Shown here in pieces: positions 40,426-52,896 of a DNA stretch of 64,000 bases. The notes beneath the pieces are model-generated. The model was given only the letters and a program-made list of their open reading frames with translations. It was not told the origin of the DNA and made no database searches. Origin of the DNA: Octopus vulgaris (lineage: Eukaryota); NCBI GenBank assembly GCA_951406725.2, contig OX597823.1, forward strand, positions 90,520,001 to 90,584,000, in the 5' to 3' direction. Position numbers and translations under genes: made by a program. Each line of letters starts with the position of its first letter. Within the stretch, counting starts at the first letter, position 1.

Positions 40426-41246
40426 CAATTTTCGTGTTTGCTGAGCTGCTTAAAGCTTCTGCTAACCAAATTTATTAAAAAGAATTTGCTTGGCCCAAAG
40501 TCATCGTAAAAGACACTTGCACATGACGCTGTACAGTAGAACTGAACCTGAAACCAAATGGTCAGGATGTGAACTTCTTTACCACACAGCCAGGTCTCAA
40601 TACTCACATGCACACACATTGACACTCTATCTCTGTATTGCGGATTTGTTCTCTTGTTTGTAATTCAAACACACCTACACACACACGTGTGTGTGTGTAG
40701 GTGTGAGTATACATAGATAAACACACATACATACACATATATGCATGTGTGTATAAACACGCACACTTACAAAAGTGAGGGTGTAAATGAATATATTACA
40801 TACATAAACACAGATGTGCATATAAATACTTATATACATACATTATAGATGTATTTATAAATATATACATATATATGTATATGTATATATACATACTCTT
40901 TTACTTGTTTCAGTCATTTGACTGTAGCCATGCTGGAGCACCACCTTTAGTTGAGCAAATCAACCCCAGGACTTATTCTTTGTAAGCCTAGTACTTATTC
41001 TATCGGTCTCTTTTGCTGAACCACTAAGTTACAGGGACACAAACACATATATATATACATATACATATATATATATACATATATACGACAGTCTTCTTTC
41101 AGTTTCGGTCTACCAAATTCACTCACAAGGCTTTGGTTGGCCCGAGGTTATAGTAGAAGACATTTGCCCAAGGTGCCATGCAGTGGGACTGAACCCGGAA
41201 CCATATGGTTGGTAAGCAAGCTACTTAACAGACAGCCACTCCTACA

Positions 41247-41290
<44 letters not shown>

Positions 41291-41968
41291 TGTATATAAA
41301 CACAGATGTGTTTATAAATATACATTTTACACACACAGACACACACGTGATGTGTGTTGGTGTATCATTTATATCCAGAGCCCAGTAACTACAGATGTAA
41401 CATGTAAAAAGACTTCCCAGTAGCTCGTTTCTCTGATTTCGGTTAATTGTTGAATGAAAGATGTTTGTAGTGTCTGCAGGTGGTAGGTAAGTAAGTTCTA
41501 GGCTACAACGAGACTAGGCTTGTGAGCAAATACCCTAACCTACTTAAAATAACTAATTTCTTTTGACTTTTCATCGCTGCTGGGTTTCTGGTGGCAAAGC
41601 TTCTCAGCACCCATTCACTGACTCCAAAGTGTACATATGCTTTTACATACCAACATGTACACACACACACACACACACACACACATGAAATGAAACAAGA
41701 AAGCCATGGAGTACAGTTTCCATAATCTTATATTATTTATTATATTATTTGGCTTTCTTAATAAATTGTTTACACAGAATATAGTTGAGATTTTGGCATT
41801 AAAATGCCCTATTCAAAGCTTGAGAAATCATTACAAACAAATAAACAAATGAGACATTATTAAGGGACTGTAGATACTTTTAGCTATAAGCTATGTAAAC
41901 AATTAATTACAGATGCATACTGTGCATGCATATATATATATAAATATATATATTCTGATATATATATT

Positions 41969-42060
41969 GGCTAACTCTGATGAGTATAAGGTTATATAAT
42001 TGGATTGTTACCTTGCACTTCATTGTATTCTTGATGTGAAACTGATTGGTAAGGTCAGCT
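41969..42060 (+). ncRNA. Degenerate hammerhead-like motif
   Basis: GCTAACT-CTGATGA-GTATAAGGT..ACCTTGCAC..GAAAC-TGATTG-GTA-AGGTCAGC; loop TGATTG fits CpG decay of palindromic CGATCG; extra segment before GAAA. Confidence 0.5.
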
Positions 42061-42254
42061 GTGATGGATATTTAATACTATACATTTCAGATAATATACC
42101 ATCTCTACTGACAGATATACAAATGCGTCTTTTCCCTGACTTATGGTCCCTTAGATGACTCATGAATGTATATATATATATATAAGAAGTATTGGTATCT
42201 AGAAGACCCCTATTTTGAACTCTAATATCTACCTCTATTTAACCATCTCACATC

Positions 42255-42302
42255 GTCTCTGATGAAGGGATATCCATGATATCCCAGAAACAGCTGTAAG
42301 AT
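42255..42302 (+). ncRNA. Minimal type I hammerhead ribozyme motif
   Basis: GTCT-CTGATGA-A-GGGATATC(CAT)GATATCCC-A-GAAAC-AGCT-GTA-AGAT: 4-bp stem I, perfect 8-bp stem II, palindromic stem III. Confidence 0.8.
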
Positions 42303-42376
42303 TATATCTATATCTTTTTCCTTATAAATGTCCTGAAAACTCCTCACAGCCTTGGCTTTTGTTATCTCATTTTGTC

Positions 42377-42414
<38 letters not shown>

Positions 42415-42835
42415 GTATACACAAACAACACAGACAAATGTTTGTTTGTGTGTGTGTGTGTGTATATCATGGTATTGACCAGACTATCAGATGCTGTTAT
42501 GCATTGCTGGTCACAATGCACTTTGCCTTGATTTTGTTTTCAAATGACACCAGTCTACTGGCTCAACCAGCAGGGCAACATTCCCTCTTATTGGAAGGCT
42601 GGTCTATTACAGGGTGACCCATTGGCAGACAAGTGGACTGGAGCAATGTGAAATTAAGTGTTTTGCACAACATGCGACCTGGTCTGGGAACCCAATCTAT
42701 GATCTAGTGAGTGTGAGTGCAACACCCTAACTGCTTGGCCACACACACACACACACACACACTAAAAAAAAAATTTTATGAGAGGCAAACAAAACTGACA
42801 TTTACAAAACCTAAGTCCCATGCAAAATATTGTAT

Positions 42836-43056
42836 CTACCCTTTTGATATCCGCCCACCTGAGATTGTTTCCGGTTCTCTGATACAAGCTTCTTGTTTTT
42901 AAGTGATTCAAATTACAACTTTCATCAAAATTCAAAGTTAATTTATGCTCAGAACACCAGTGTAATAATGACACTTATTTTGCGAAATTCTCCTTGATTT
43001 TCAAAATAAATCCAAACACAGAATATTTCAACAGAAATATGGCAACAAAAGGGTTA
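42836..43056. mobile_element. Second CCCTTTT-ended MITE family
   Basis: ACCCTTTTGATA...ACAAAAGGGTTA; related pieces at 43060-43210, 45860-46170 and 46775-46995. Confidence 0.55.
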
Positions 43057-43562
43057 TAGTGATTTAAATAAACCTCCCATCAAAGTTCCATGTTAATTTA
43101 TGTTAATTTATGTTACTAAATACAAACTTAATAATGATAAAAAATTTTTCCCTAAATTCTTCTTTATTTTCAAAATAAATTCGCACAAAGGCAGTAATGA
43201 AGGATTAAACATATTTAAAAAAAAACTTTATCAAGATTAAACTACTGATTTCAAATTTTAGCACAAGGCCAGCAATATTGAGGGACTGCCTCAATCCCAG
43301 TACACACCTGGTACTTGTTCTATCAATGCCAAAATACTGCAGCAGAATTTGAACTCAGAACACAAAGACAGACGAAATGCCACTAAGCATATCACCTGGT
43401 GTGATAACGATTTTCTCGATTCGCTGCCTCTATTGAGATTAAAATAATGGTTTCAAACTTTGGCACAAAGCCAGTAAATTCAGGAGAAGGGTAAGCCAAT
43501 TACATCACCCCCGGTGCTTAACTGGTACTTATTTTATCGACCCCGAAAGGATGAAAGGCAAA

Positions 43563-43846
43563 TTATTTACACTATTTACATTTCACAGATATTTGTCCTC
43601 ATCTTGTTTGTTGCTAACACAACGTTTCAGGTGTCTTGGGGAAATTTCAAACCTGGGTTCTCATTCCTAAAGTATTTTTCGATGTTATTACTATTATTAT
43701 TATTCAAGTTACTGCCTGGAATTGAACTCAGAATCCTGGGGTTAGTCGCCCATGCTCTTAACCACTACGCCATATGCCTGTGGCATAGTGGTTAAGAGCA
43801 CAGGCTACTAACCCCAAGATTCAGAGTTCGATTCCAGGCAGTCACT

Positions 43847-43880
<34 letters not shown>

Positions 43881-44067
43881 CAATAACATTGAAAAATACC
43901 TTAGGAATGAGAACCTTGGTTCGAAATTTCCCCAAGACACCTGATGAAGGCTGGAGGGTATATCAGTTGAAACGTGTTAACAACAAACAAAATGAGGACA
44001 AATATCCGTCAAATGTAAATAATGTAAATAATGTACATAGTTCCTCATCTCTTAAATATAGAACTGT
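43563..44067. mobile_element. Head-to-head inverted dimer of a tRNA-headed, hammerhead-containing SINE, with 12-bp TSD
   Basis: Minus arm 43563-43778, plus arm 43779-44067; TSD ATGAAAGGCAAA at 43551-43562 and 44068-44079, splitting a family C SINE; hammerhead core at 43936-43978. Confidence 0.85.
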
Positions 44068-44866
44068 ATGAAAGGCAAAGTCAACCACAATGGAATATGA
44101 ACACAGAACTTAAAGATGGATGCAATGCCACTAAGCATTTCACTTAATGTGCTAACCATTCTGCTAGTTTGTCTCTTTTATCGAGATATTGATAGGACAT
44201 TGTGTTTATCACTAAGCCGAAACATGAACAAGCGACATACCAAGATTCAATAGAATTTCATTAAGTGCTTACCTTTGTTAGAAATCTCCACAAAAATTTA
44301 ACATCGAGGGTATTAGTCCATTCAAAGATCTAAAATGTCACAAACTGGTTGGAACAGTCGAAGAAAATACGGACAATAAATGACTGTGCTAAATTAAGAT
44401 GTGCTTAATTAAAATAACTTCTGGTTTGTTTTCCTTTTTGCAAAACAAAGTGACGGGTGGCATCGGTAAAGCGGCATTTAGTAAAAGAGGCTGCTGAACT
44501 ATAAATAGTTCTTCACCATTGATATAGAGGTCCTCTTGTTAGTAGTTTGTAGAATCAGATTTTGGTCCTGGTACCAAAAGTTGTTTTACTTCACTGTTTT
44601 GGTTCTCTTATATGTTAACTAAACCCCAAGAATGGCAACCTTTGTCCAGTTGGCACCGTTTACGGAATATTATTCAAGCAGTTTTATCTCTGATCTATAA
44701 ATGCAATAATCACTTTGAAATATTCCAGGACTCTTTTGAAAGTAAACAGAATTAAACAAGACACACATGTTCAAGACTTCTCTTTGAATTAAAATGTGTG
44801 TAGACATACACATGCATGCGCACACACACACACACACATAGATACATAGTTAATTATATACATACA

Positions 44867-44900
<34 letters not shown>

Positions 44901-45078
44901 TATGTGTGTGTATATATATGTATATATACATATGTATATATGTGTGTGTATAAGAATATATATATATAAAATTTAGTTGACCTCTAAACAGATGGTAGTA
45001 TGTTGATGTTGATACAACATTGGTTTATATATGTGTGTGTGTGTGTGTATGTGTGTGTGCAATAAGCATATCTATGAA

Positions 45079-45111
<33 letters not shown>

Positions 45112-45584
45112 TTATATATATATATGTATGTGTGTGTGTATGTATGTGTCTGTATACGTATTTATATATATGTGCACACAAACACATTTACACATATGCA
45201 TATATACACATATGGTTTCCTGGTGACCCCTGAAACTTACTGGCATCTGGTATGCAGAGCTTTCAGTTGGCAGGGCTTGCATAAGCAAGCTGTTTGACAG
45301 CGTGTATGTGTGTGTACGTGTATGTGTGTGTGCGTCTGTGTGTATGTGCGTGCATGTTATGTGTGTGTATGTGTGTACACACATATACAGACTCTCTTGC
45401 TGACACAGTTCCAGTGAAGAGAATGCAATAATCAGTGCAGATAAGGAAACGGTGAAAGAATGCTGGAGGTAAAAGTGGAGGCGTTGTTTAATGGTAAGAT
45501 CACAAGACATGGTTTGTATCGGAATATTCTGTGTTCTTTAGTACACAAGACTTTTACAATCAGAAGGATTGTCCTCAACAATCT

Positions 45585-45610
45585 CATCTGGCGCCATCTG
45601 GTGCCATCTT
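45585..45610 (-). promoter_or_regulatory. CTCF-like motif / tandem CAGATG E-boxes
   Basis: Minus strand GGCACCAGATGGCGCCAGATG resembles the CTCF core CCASYAGRKGGCRS; lies in non-repetitive sequence. Confidence 0.4.
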
Positions 45611-47399
45611 CAGACAGAGTGATTGTAAACATAAGCAGAGCATTGATACAAAAGGTTTAATATTGTTGCTGTTGCTGTTTAGCTTTAGGTTTGTGCTGAT
45701 CAAACAGACCGATAACGAAAGGCGTAACGAAAGGCATCGGTTCCCCATCTCAAACCATCCCTCTCCCCATACACTTTTGTGACATCTATCCAGCCACAGT
45801 TCTAGTTCTTATGCCTCCATTCACTTCTATTCCCCTTCTGGTACCTTGAGGGCCCGCCCTGATTTAAATCACAACTTCCATCAAAATTCAATGCTAATTC
45901 ATGATCCAAACACTAGCTTAATAATGACAGATATTTTACAAAATCTTTCTCCATTTTCAAAATAAATTGGAACAAAGGCAGGGCATTTCAAGAGAAAAAC
46001 AGTGCTAAAAGGGTGAAAAGAATTCAAATCAAAGCCTTCCATCAGAATTTCTTGTGTTCCAAACACAAGCTTAATAACGACAATTCTTTTACAAAATTCT
46101 TTATTATTTTCAAAATAAATTGTAACAAAGGCAGTGCATCTCAAAAGAAATATGGTAACAAAAGGATTAAAAACATTAAAAAAATATTTTTACTAAGATT
46201 AAAACACTAATAAGATATTTTGTTATCAGTAAGTTGAAACATAAACTAATGATGTACCAAAATCTAATATATTTTCATTCTATAAATACTCACCACTATT
46301 TTACATCTCCACTATTTCATATCTCTTTCCAGTTCCATTCTGGCTACTTCTCACCTTCTCTTCTATCATGTGAGGTAGCCATGTAATTCCTCTCCAGCAA
46401 GAACCCTATTTCTTCTGGCCTAACCTCTCACACTTTAACTTCTCACGTCTTAGCACAATTCCACCCCAACCCTCTCTACTCTGCCTCCACTCGATTAAAA
46501 GGGATCTTGCAAGCTGCATGGTATCCTCACCAATGCCAGGGTCCTGAAAGAAGAAGCACTCAATACAAGAAATTTTGAGGCAAGGTTTTAATTTGGGTTA
46601 CTTTAAAACAGGAATTTAAAGCACAGAACCAGGGATGGTCTCTGGCAGGTTGGCATCAAAGGGGTCAAATCCCACCCTACCATCATTAGATGATGTAATC
46701 TGGGATTTACTGGGATTAAATACCAAAAAGAGAGGATGGTCATGGCTGGGATGCCTTTGAAGATAAATTTTCTCAACCCTTTTCTGACCATATTTCTGTC
46801 AAGAAAGATTGCCTTTTTCATTTAATCAATTTTGAAAATAGAAAATTTAAAATAACCATGTCCGTATTAATCTGATGTTTGAAACATAAGTTAACATGAA
46901 AATTTGATGAAAGAATTTAATTTAATTAATTCAAAAGAAGAATTTTGTATCATAGAGCCAAGGTGGCTTCAGGTGGGTTGGTACCAAAAGAATTAAGGGG
47001 TTCTATTGCATTTGTCTTTGAAGGTGAAGAACTATTGGATAATCTGTTGACAGGGAATGGTTAACAGAAATTGGCCATTGTTGCTTGAATGATTTTGTAA
47101 CTGGTGTGAAAAAGGTAGAGCAAGCTGGCAATATGATGTTGAGGCTTTCATCCAGTTATGGATCAACAGTAATTGAATAGAATATTTTGGATAATTTAGT
47201 CTTAGATTTACAATGCCTACCACAAGACACACATGTGCAAAAAGGTAAAAAACCCACAATGGCAGGTGGCTGGATTGAATCTTATCATAGGTGGATGTAG
47301 CCAGGGCTGATCTGATGCTGCTTAACAATAACAACATCAACAATAGCAAGCATACAGAAACAAAATTGGTTGTAGAGAAATACCATATATCAACATTGT

Positions 47400-48053
47400 T
47401 AAATCAAAATCAAAATCACTGATGTGGCCAATGACAGTACTGCCTGATTTGCACTCATGTCATTGGAATGTTAAAAGCACATCTGAACATGGGGCGTAAC
47501 CGGCCCACTTATGAGTACTCATTCATTGGACAATGAACTTTGCTTGCAAAGACCTATTGAGGCAAGTGTAAACAAATCAAAATCGCTGATGTGACTGATG
47601 ACAGTTCTCCCTGATTGGCACTCATGCTAGTGGAACATTAAAAGCACATCCAAGCATGATTGTTGCCAGCTCCACGGATTGGCTCCCATGCCGGTGACAT
47701 GTGAAAAGCACCATTTGAGTGTTATTGTTGCCAGCATCGCTTTACAGGCACATATGCTGGTGGCATGTGAAAAACATTCGAGCATGGTCGTTGCCAGTGC
47801 AGCTGGACTGGCTCCCATGTAGGTAGCATGTAAAAATACCTTTTGAGCGTGGTCGTTGCCAGAACTACCTGGCTGGCCCTCATGCCATTGGCACATTAAA
47901 AGCACACACTACACTCTCAGAGTGGTTGGCATTAGGAAAGGCATCCAGCTGTAGAAACCTTGCCAGATCAGATTGAGCCTGGTGCAGCCTCTGACTCAAC
48001 AGTCCTCAGTCAAACCATCCAACCCATGCCAGCATGGAAGGTGGATGTAAAAC

Positions 48054-48083
<30 letters not shown>
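47400..48083 (+). mobile_element. RTE 3'UTR-derived repeat (family A), about six internal units
   Basis: Units of about 60 bp plus the conserved end and (ATG)n. Confidence 0.85.
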
Positions 48084-48084
<1 letters not shown>

Positions 48085-48839
48085 TTACACTGCACCTCAT
48101 TTCCATACGATTCCTCATTGCCATACATAGAACCCAATCCTGAAATCTATGGCTTGTGTTTAGTTCTTTTACAAACAACCTGTGTGTAGACATCTGCTTG
48201 AACAAGGCTGAACTGTTAAAATCAATAAAAGTGGGATCCATTGTTTTGGGTAGGAATGACAATAGAAAAGGTGAAGTGGGGAATCAATGCCATGAACAGT
48301 TGATACTTGCGGCACTGTGGGGGTGTTTGTGTATGTAAATGAATGTATGTGTTTATGTGCTGATGCCACATAAAAATGCATCCAGGCCACTCTGTAAAGT
48401 GGTTGGCATTAGAAAGGACATCTAGGCACAGAAGCCGTGCCAAAACTGACAGCAAAGTGTGGTGCAGTCTTCTGGTTTGCCAGCTCCTGTCAAACCGTCC
48501 AACCCATGACAGCATGGAAAACAGGCATTAAATGATGATGATGATGATATATATATTTTATTATTTTGTTTAGGCATATCAATGCTACCAACCTGGTGTT
48601 AGAACTTGATATACAAATGCTTCAGAACAAAGTGTCAGTTAAGTACAGAGTGTTATAAGAAATTAGAATGACTTCACTTTTGAAGCTCTGGTGAAGCTAT
48701 AGGGTGATACTCAAGCATTCAACTAAAAGTGCATTGCATCTTATAGCAGAAACAACTGTTAGCTAATGAAGCTCAGGACATAATTTCTTATTCCTTCCTC
48801 ATTCTAATTTCACATGGATGGAGGGATATTTGTACATAT

Positions 48840-48987
48840 ACAATTCTATATTTAAGAGATGCAGAATTATTTACTTTATTTACATTTGACAGATATTTGT
48901 CCTCATCTTGTTTGTTGTTAACACAACGTTTCAGGTGTCTTGGGGGAAATTTCGAACCTGGGTTCTCATTCTTAAGGTATTTTTCAA

Positions 48988-49056
<69 letters not shown>

Positions 49057-49177
49057 CATTATTGTTCAGGTCACTGCTTGGAATCAAACTCAGAATCTTG
49101 AGGTTAGTAGCCCGTGCTCTTAACCACAATGCCATATGCCCATGGGCAAAGTTCTGAGTTCGATTCCAGGCAGTGAC

Positions 49178-49227
<50 letters not shown>

Positions 49228-49358
49228 TAATAATAATAATAACAACATCGAAAAATACTTTAGGAATGAGAACCCAAGTTTGAAATTTCCCCAGGACTCC
49301 TGAAATGTGTTAATAACAAACAAGATGAGGACAAATATCTGTCAAATGTAAATAATGT
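48840..49358. mobile_element. Second head-to-head inverted dimer of the same SINE family
   Basis: Minus arm 48840-49145, plus arm about 49150-49358; flanking ATATTTGTACATAT (48826-48839) and ATATTTGTATGTAT (49359-49372) form a CpG-decayed 14-bp TSD. Confidence 0.8.
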
Positions 49359-49377
49359 ATATTTGTATGTATGTATG

Positions 49378-49740
49378 TTTAAGAACTGTGTCAAGTCCTT
49401 ATTAAAAGCCTGTGATATGCAGGAGACTGACTGGGAGAGCAATGCCTGTCATCACCACAGATGGAGGAAGCAGGTTAAGGAGTGGGGTTGACACCTTTGA
49501 GGGAGCATGTATTCTGCATGAATAATTTAAGTGTGATGCTTGAAAGTGTACTCCTGGTGTGGTGAATGGGGGAAAGCTTGGTTTGCAATGTTTGCAGTCG
49601 TGTATGCTTGTCAGTCAAGAGCAGGGTTCATTAGCCACCAATGGAGCTGCAAATGTAAAATATAAGTTAGTCCTAGAGCGCACAATGTTCCTGAAAGTCA
49701 GCAATGGTCTTCTTCGATCATGAGTGGATGGCCATTGTCA
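49378..49740 (+). mobile_element. Decayed RTE-type LINE C-terminus
   Basis: FKNCVKSLLKACDMQETDWESNACHHHRWRKQVKE..DTFE follows the FKD.LK..LK....WE..A.DR..WR pattern; a degenerate C-x2-C...GFISH zinc-finger remnant follows. Confidence 0.65.
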
Positions 49741-51155
49741 TGTATGCATGTATGTATGTATGTATGTATGTATGTATGTATATATGTATGTATGTATACA
49801 AATGCATATGTACATATAGATATATTTACACACACATGCACATACACTAATACACATACATATATATATGAAGATACATATAATTATTCATACACATATG
49901 TATAATTATATGTATCAAAATATGTATCTACGGTAACTATATAAATGAACGGCCAGATTAAAGGAATGGCACAATGAAAAGATGGATATAAAAGAAGACG
50001 AGATGAATGAATCAGAATTAGATTGCAGAAGTAATGTAGAAGAATGATGACAGTGGCGGTGGTGAGAAGGAAGATGATGATGGTGGTGGTGGTGGTGGAG
50101 GTGGGGGTGATAATGGTGATGACGATAATATGCTGACAACTGGTGAGATGTAAATGATGACATTACCTCTGATTTCTACAACAAAGGGAGCTAATGGATA
50201 AAAGTTGAGATGATGATGATGATGATGATGATACAACCAATGATGACATACACACACATACGTTATATTTTTTCTTTTACTTGTTCCAGTTATTAGACTA
50301 CAACCATTCTGGAGCATTGACTAGAAGAATTTTTAGCCAGATCAAAAAACCCCAATACTTATGGTTCTTTTAAGTCTGGGTCTTATTCTATCAGTCTCTT
50401 TTGCTGAACCACTAAGTTATGGGGACATAAGTACATCAGCATCAGTTCTCAAGCGATGGTGGGAGATAAACACACACATACACACACACACACCTTCTTT
50501 TAGTTTCCCTCTACCAATTCCATGCATGAGGCTTATAGAAGAAGACACTTGTCCAAGGTATCACACAGTAGGATTGAACCCAGAAGTATGTGGTTGGAAA
50601 GCAAGCTTCTTACCACACAGCCATGCCTGCACCTCGCGTACATACATACACACACATACACACATGTAGATTTATACACACACACATGCATGTGTACATG
50701 CAGATGAAGGCATATGAATACAGAGGCACACTTTGATACTGAGTCACATATTGATCTGGATGAGCCCCACATGTGTCGATAAGCACACAAACACACACAC
50801 ACATACACACACAATTATACACATTTACACAAGCATATGCGTTGACCACATGTATCAAAATGTTTTTAATGTACATGGCAAGCACATTAGAAATGCATAG
50901 CCATGTTCATATAGATACAGGTGCCACAAAAGATGAAATTAATTGATGCCAAGATATCTGTTATTTACTTTGCAAAGGTAAGGCCTATTTTTATCATATT
51001 CACTGCATTATCCCTGAATGTTTACTTATTCTGAAAGATTTGTGGTTTTGGGGTGTTGACTCTTATTTCTAGCAAACTGGTATTCCGGTACCCTGATTTA
51101 TTTGTATACATTTTACCTATTTAGGTTAAGCTTGCTGGTCACTTTATCATTATTA

Positions 51156-51721
51156 TTGGGTTGTCCGGAAAGTTTGTGTTGATTTTTAAATGAAAGAAAA
51201 AAGTCAATAAATACTTGCCATTACATTTTTAATCAACCAAATATGAACCATTTTGTTGCACAATGCGTCTCCATCTTTCCTTTAACTTGAAAATACCCTC
51301 TTCCCAGAATTGAGGTGGTTTCATCGCAAAGAATTCATCAAGGTATCTTTTTACGTCATCCAAGGAATTGAAATTTGTACCATTAAGACTATTCTGCAGA
51401 GACCTGAATAAGTGGAAATCCGAAGGAGCAATATCTGGTGAATATGGAGGATGGGGTAACACATCCCAGCCGAGCTACAGCAAATTTTGTCTGGTTCCCA
51501 AAGCATTAAGTGCCGAAAATGAATTTTCTTATCTGCCATTTTAAAGGGTTACAGAATTAAAACAGGTTATAGGAACATAAGCCTTCTTCCACGAAAAGAT
51601 AGCTTAAACTGTGCTCTAAATGGAGGTGTAGTCAAATCCTATTTTATAGACTCAACCATGTTCTAAAATAAGTCGAAAGCTAAGCTACTATAAATCGGCA
51701 CGAACTTGCTGGACAACCCAA
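51156..51721 (-). mobile_element. Internally deleted mariner (Tc1/mariner) transposon
   Basis: 30-bp TIRs TTGGGTTGTCC.G.AAGTT.GTG..GATTT (5 mismatches) and TA TSD on both sides; N-terminus MADKKIHFRHLMLWE joined to LGWDVLPHPPYSPDIAPSDFHLFRSLQNSL. Confidence 0.95.
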
Positions 51722-52073
51722 TATTAAATTAAATAAGGGTGATAATACTTTATTATTATTATTATTGTTATTATATATATATAACAGCATGGTCACAGTT
51801 TTGAGCTGAAACTAATATATATATATACATATATATAACACACACAAACACAGATGTAATATTCAAAGATACGCACACACGTATTATATATACACACATA
51901 TATGAACATATCTGCAAATAAGTTCATATATACATATACATTCATATCGACATACACATGCATGTACATACACACTCACACACACAAATATATATATATG
52001 CATTGTTATAAGTACATAAATTCACATACATATCATATTATTAAGTATTCCCATACATATTTATACGCAGCAT

Positions 52074-52133
<60 letters not shown>

Positions 52134-52165
52134 TATACATAAATATATAGATATATATCCATTTG

Positions 52166-52178
52166 GTTGCTAAGCAAC
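52166..52178. promoter_or_regulatory. RFX X-box-like palindrome
   Basis: GTTGCTAAGCAAC in a short unique island between microsatellites. Confidence 0.35.
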
Positions 52179-52353
52179 AAAGGAAACCTCTCATAAATGA
52201 ATGAAATCTCAAGGTGTATCTCTGATGATGTCAGTGGCAGATTCTTGATTGACTGGTGATTAAAGATTGGCTGAAAATCATTAGAACTATCAAACTTTAT
52301 AGCATTGCCAAAGTCATTGTGTGAGAAGGTGTGTGTGTGTGTGTGTGTATGTA

Positions 52354-52403
<50 letters not shown>

Positions 52404-52896
52404 GCTCTTTTACTCTATTTGTTTCCGTCATTTGACTGTGGCCATGCTGGAGCACCACCTTTGGTTGAGCAAATCAACCTCAGGACTTATTCTTTGTAAG
52501 CCTAGTGCTTATTTTATTGGTCTCTTTTGCCAAACTGCTAGATTACAGTGACGTAAACACACCAACATCTATTGTCAAGTGATGGGGGTGGGGCAAACAC
52601 ACACACTCACGCACACACACATATATGTATATATGATGGGCTTCTTTCAGTTTCCATCTACCAAATCCACTCACAAGGCTTTGGTCAGTCCAAGGATATA
52701 GTAGATGACACTTACTCAAGGTTCCACACAGTGGGACTGAACCCAGAACCATGTGGCTGAGAAGCAAGCTTCTTACCACACAGCCATGCCTGCGCCAATA
52801 TAGATATATATATTTATTCATACGCACACATACCTAAACACAGACACCCCACCACACATACACACACATAGACATACATACATATTTATATATATA

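Noticed and set aside
43715-43845. tRNA genes
   Set aside because: A/B boxes are present, but there is no acceptor stem or poly-T terminator, and they continue into SINE bodies; the same holds for the other SINE heads
52218-52260. CTGATGA followed by a hairpin
   Set aside because: There is no GAAA after stem II; similar partial cores at about 2193, 14545(-) and 21630(-) also lack the required stems
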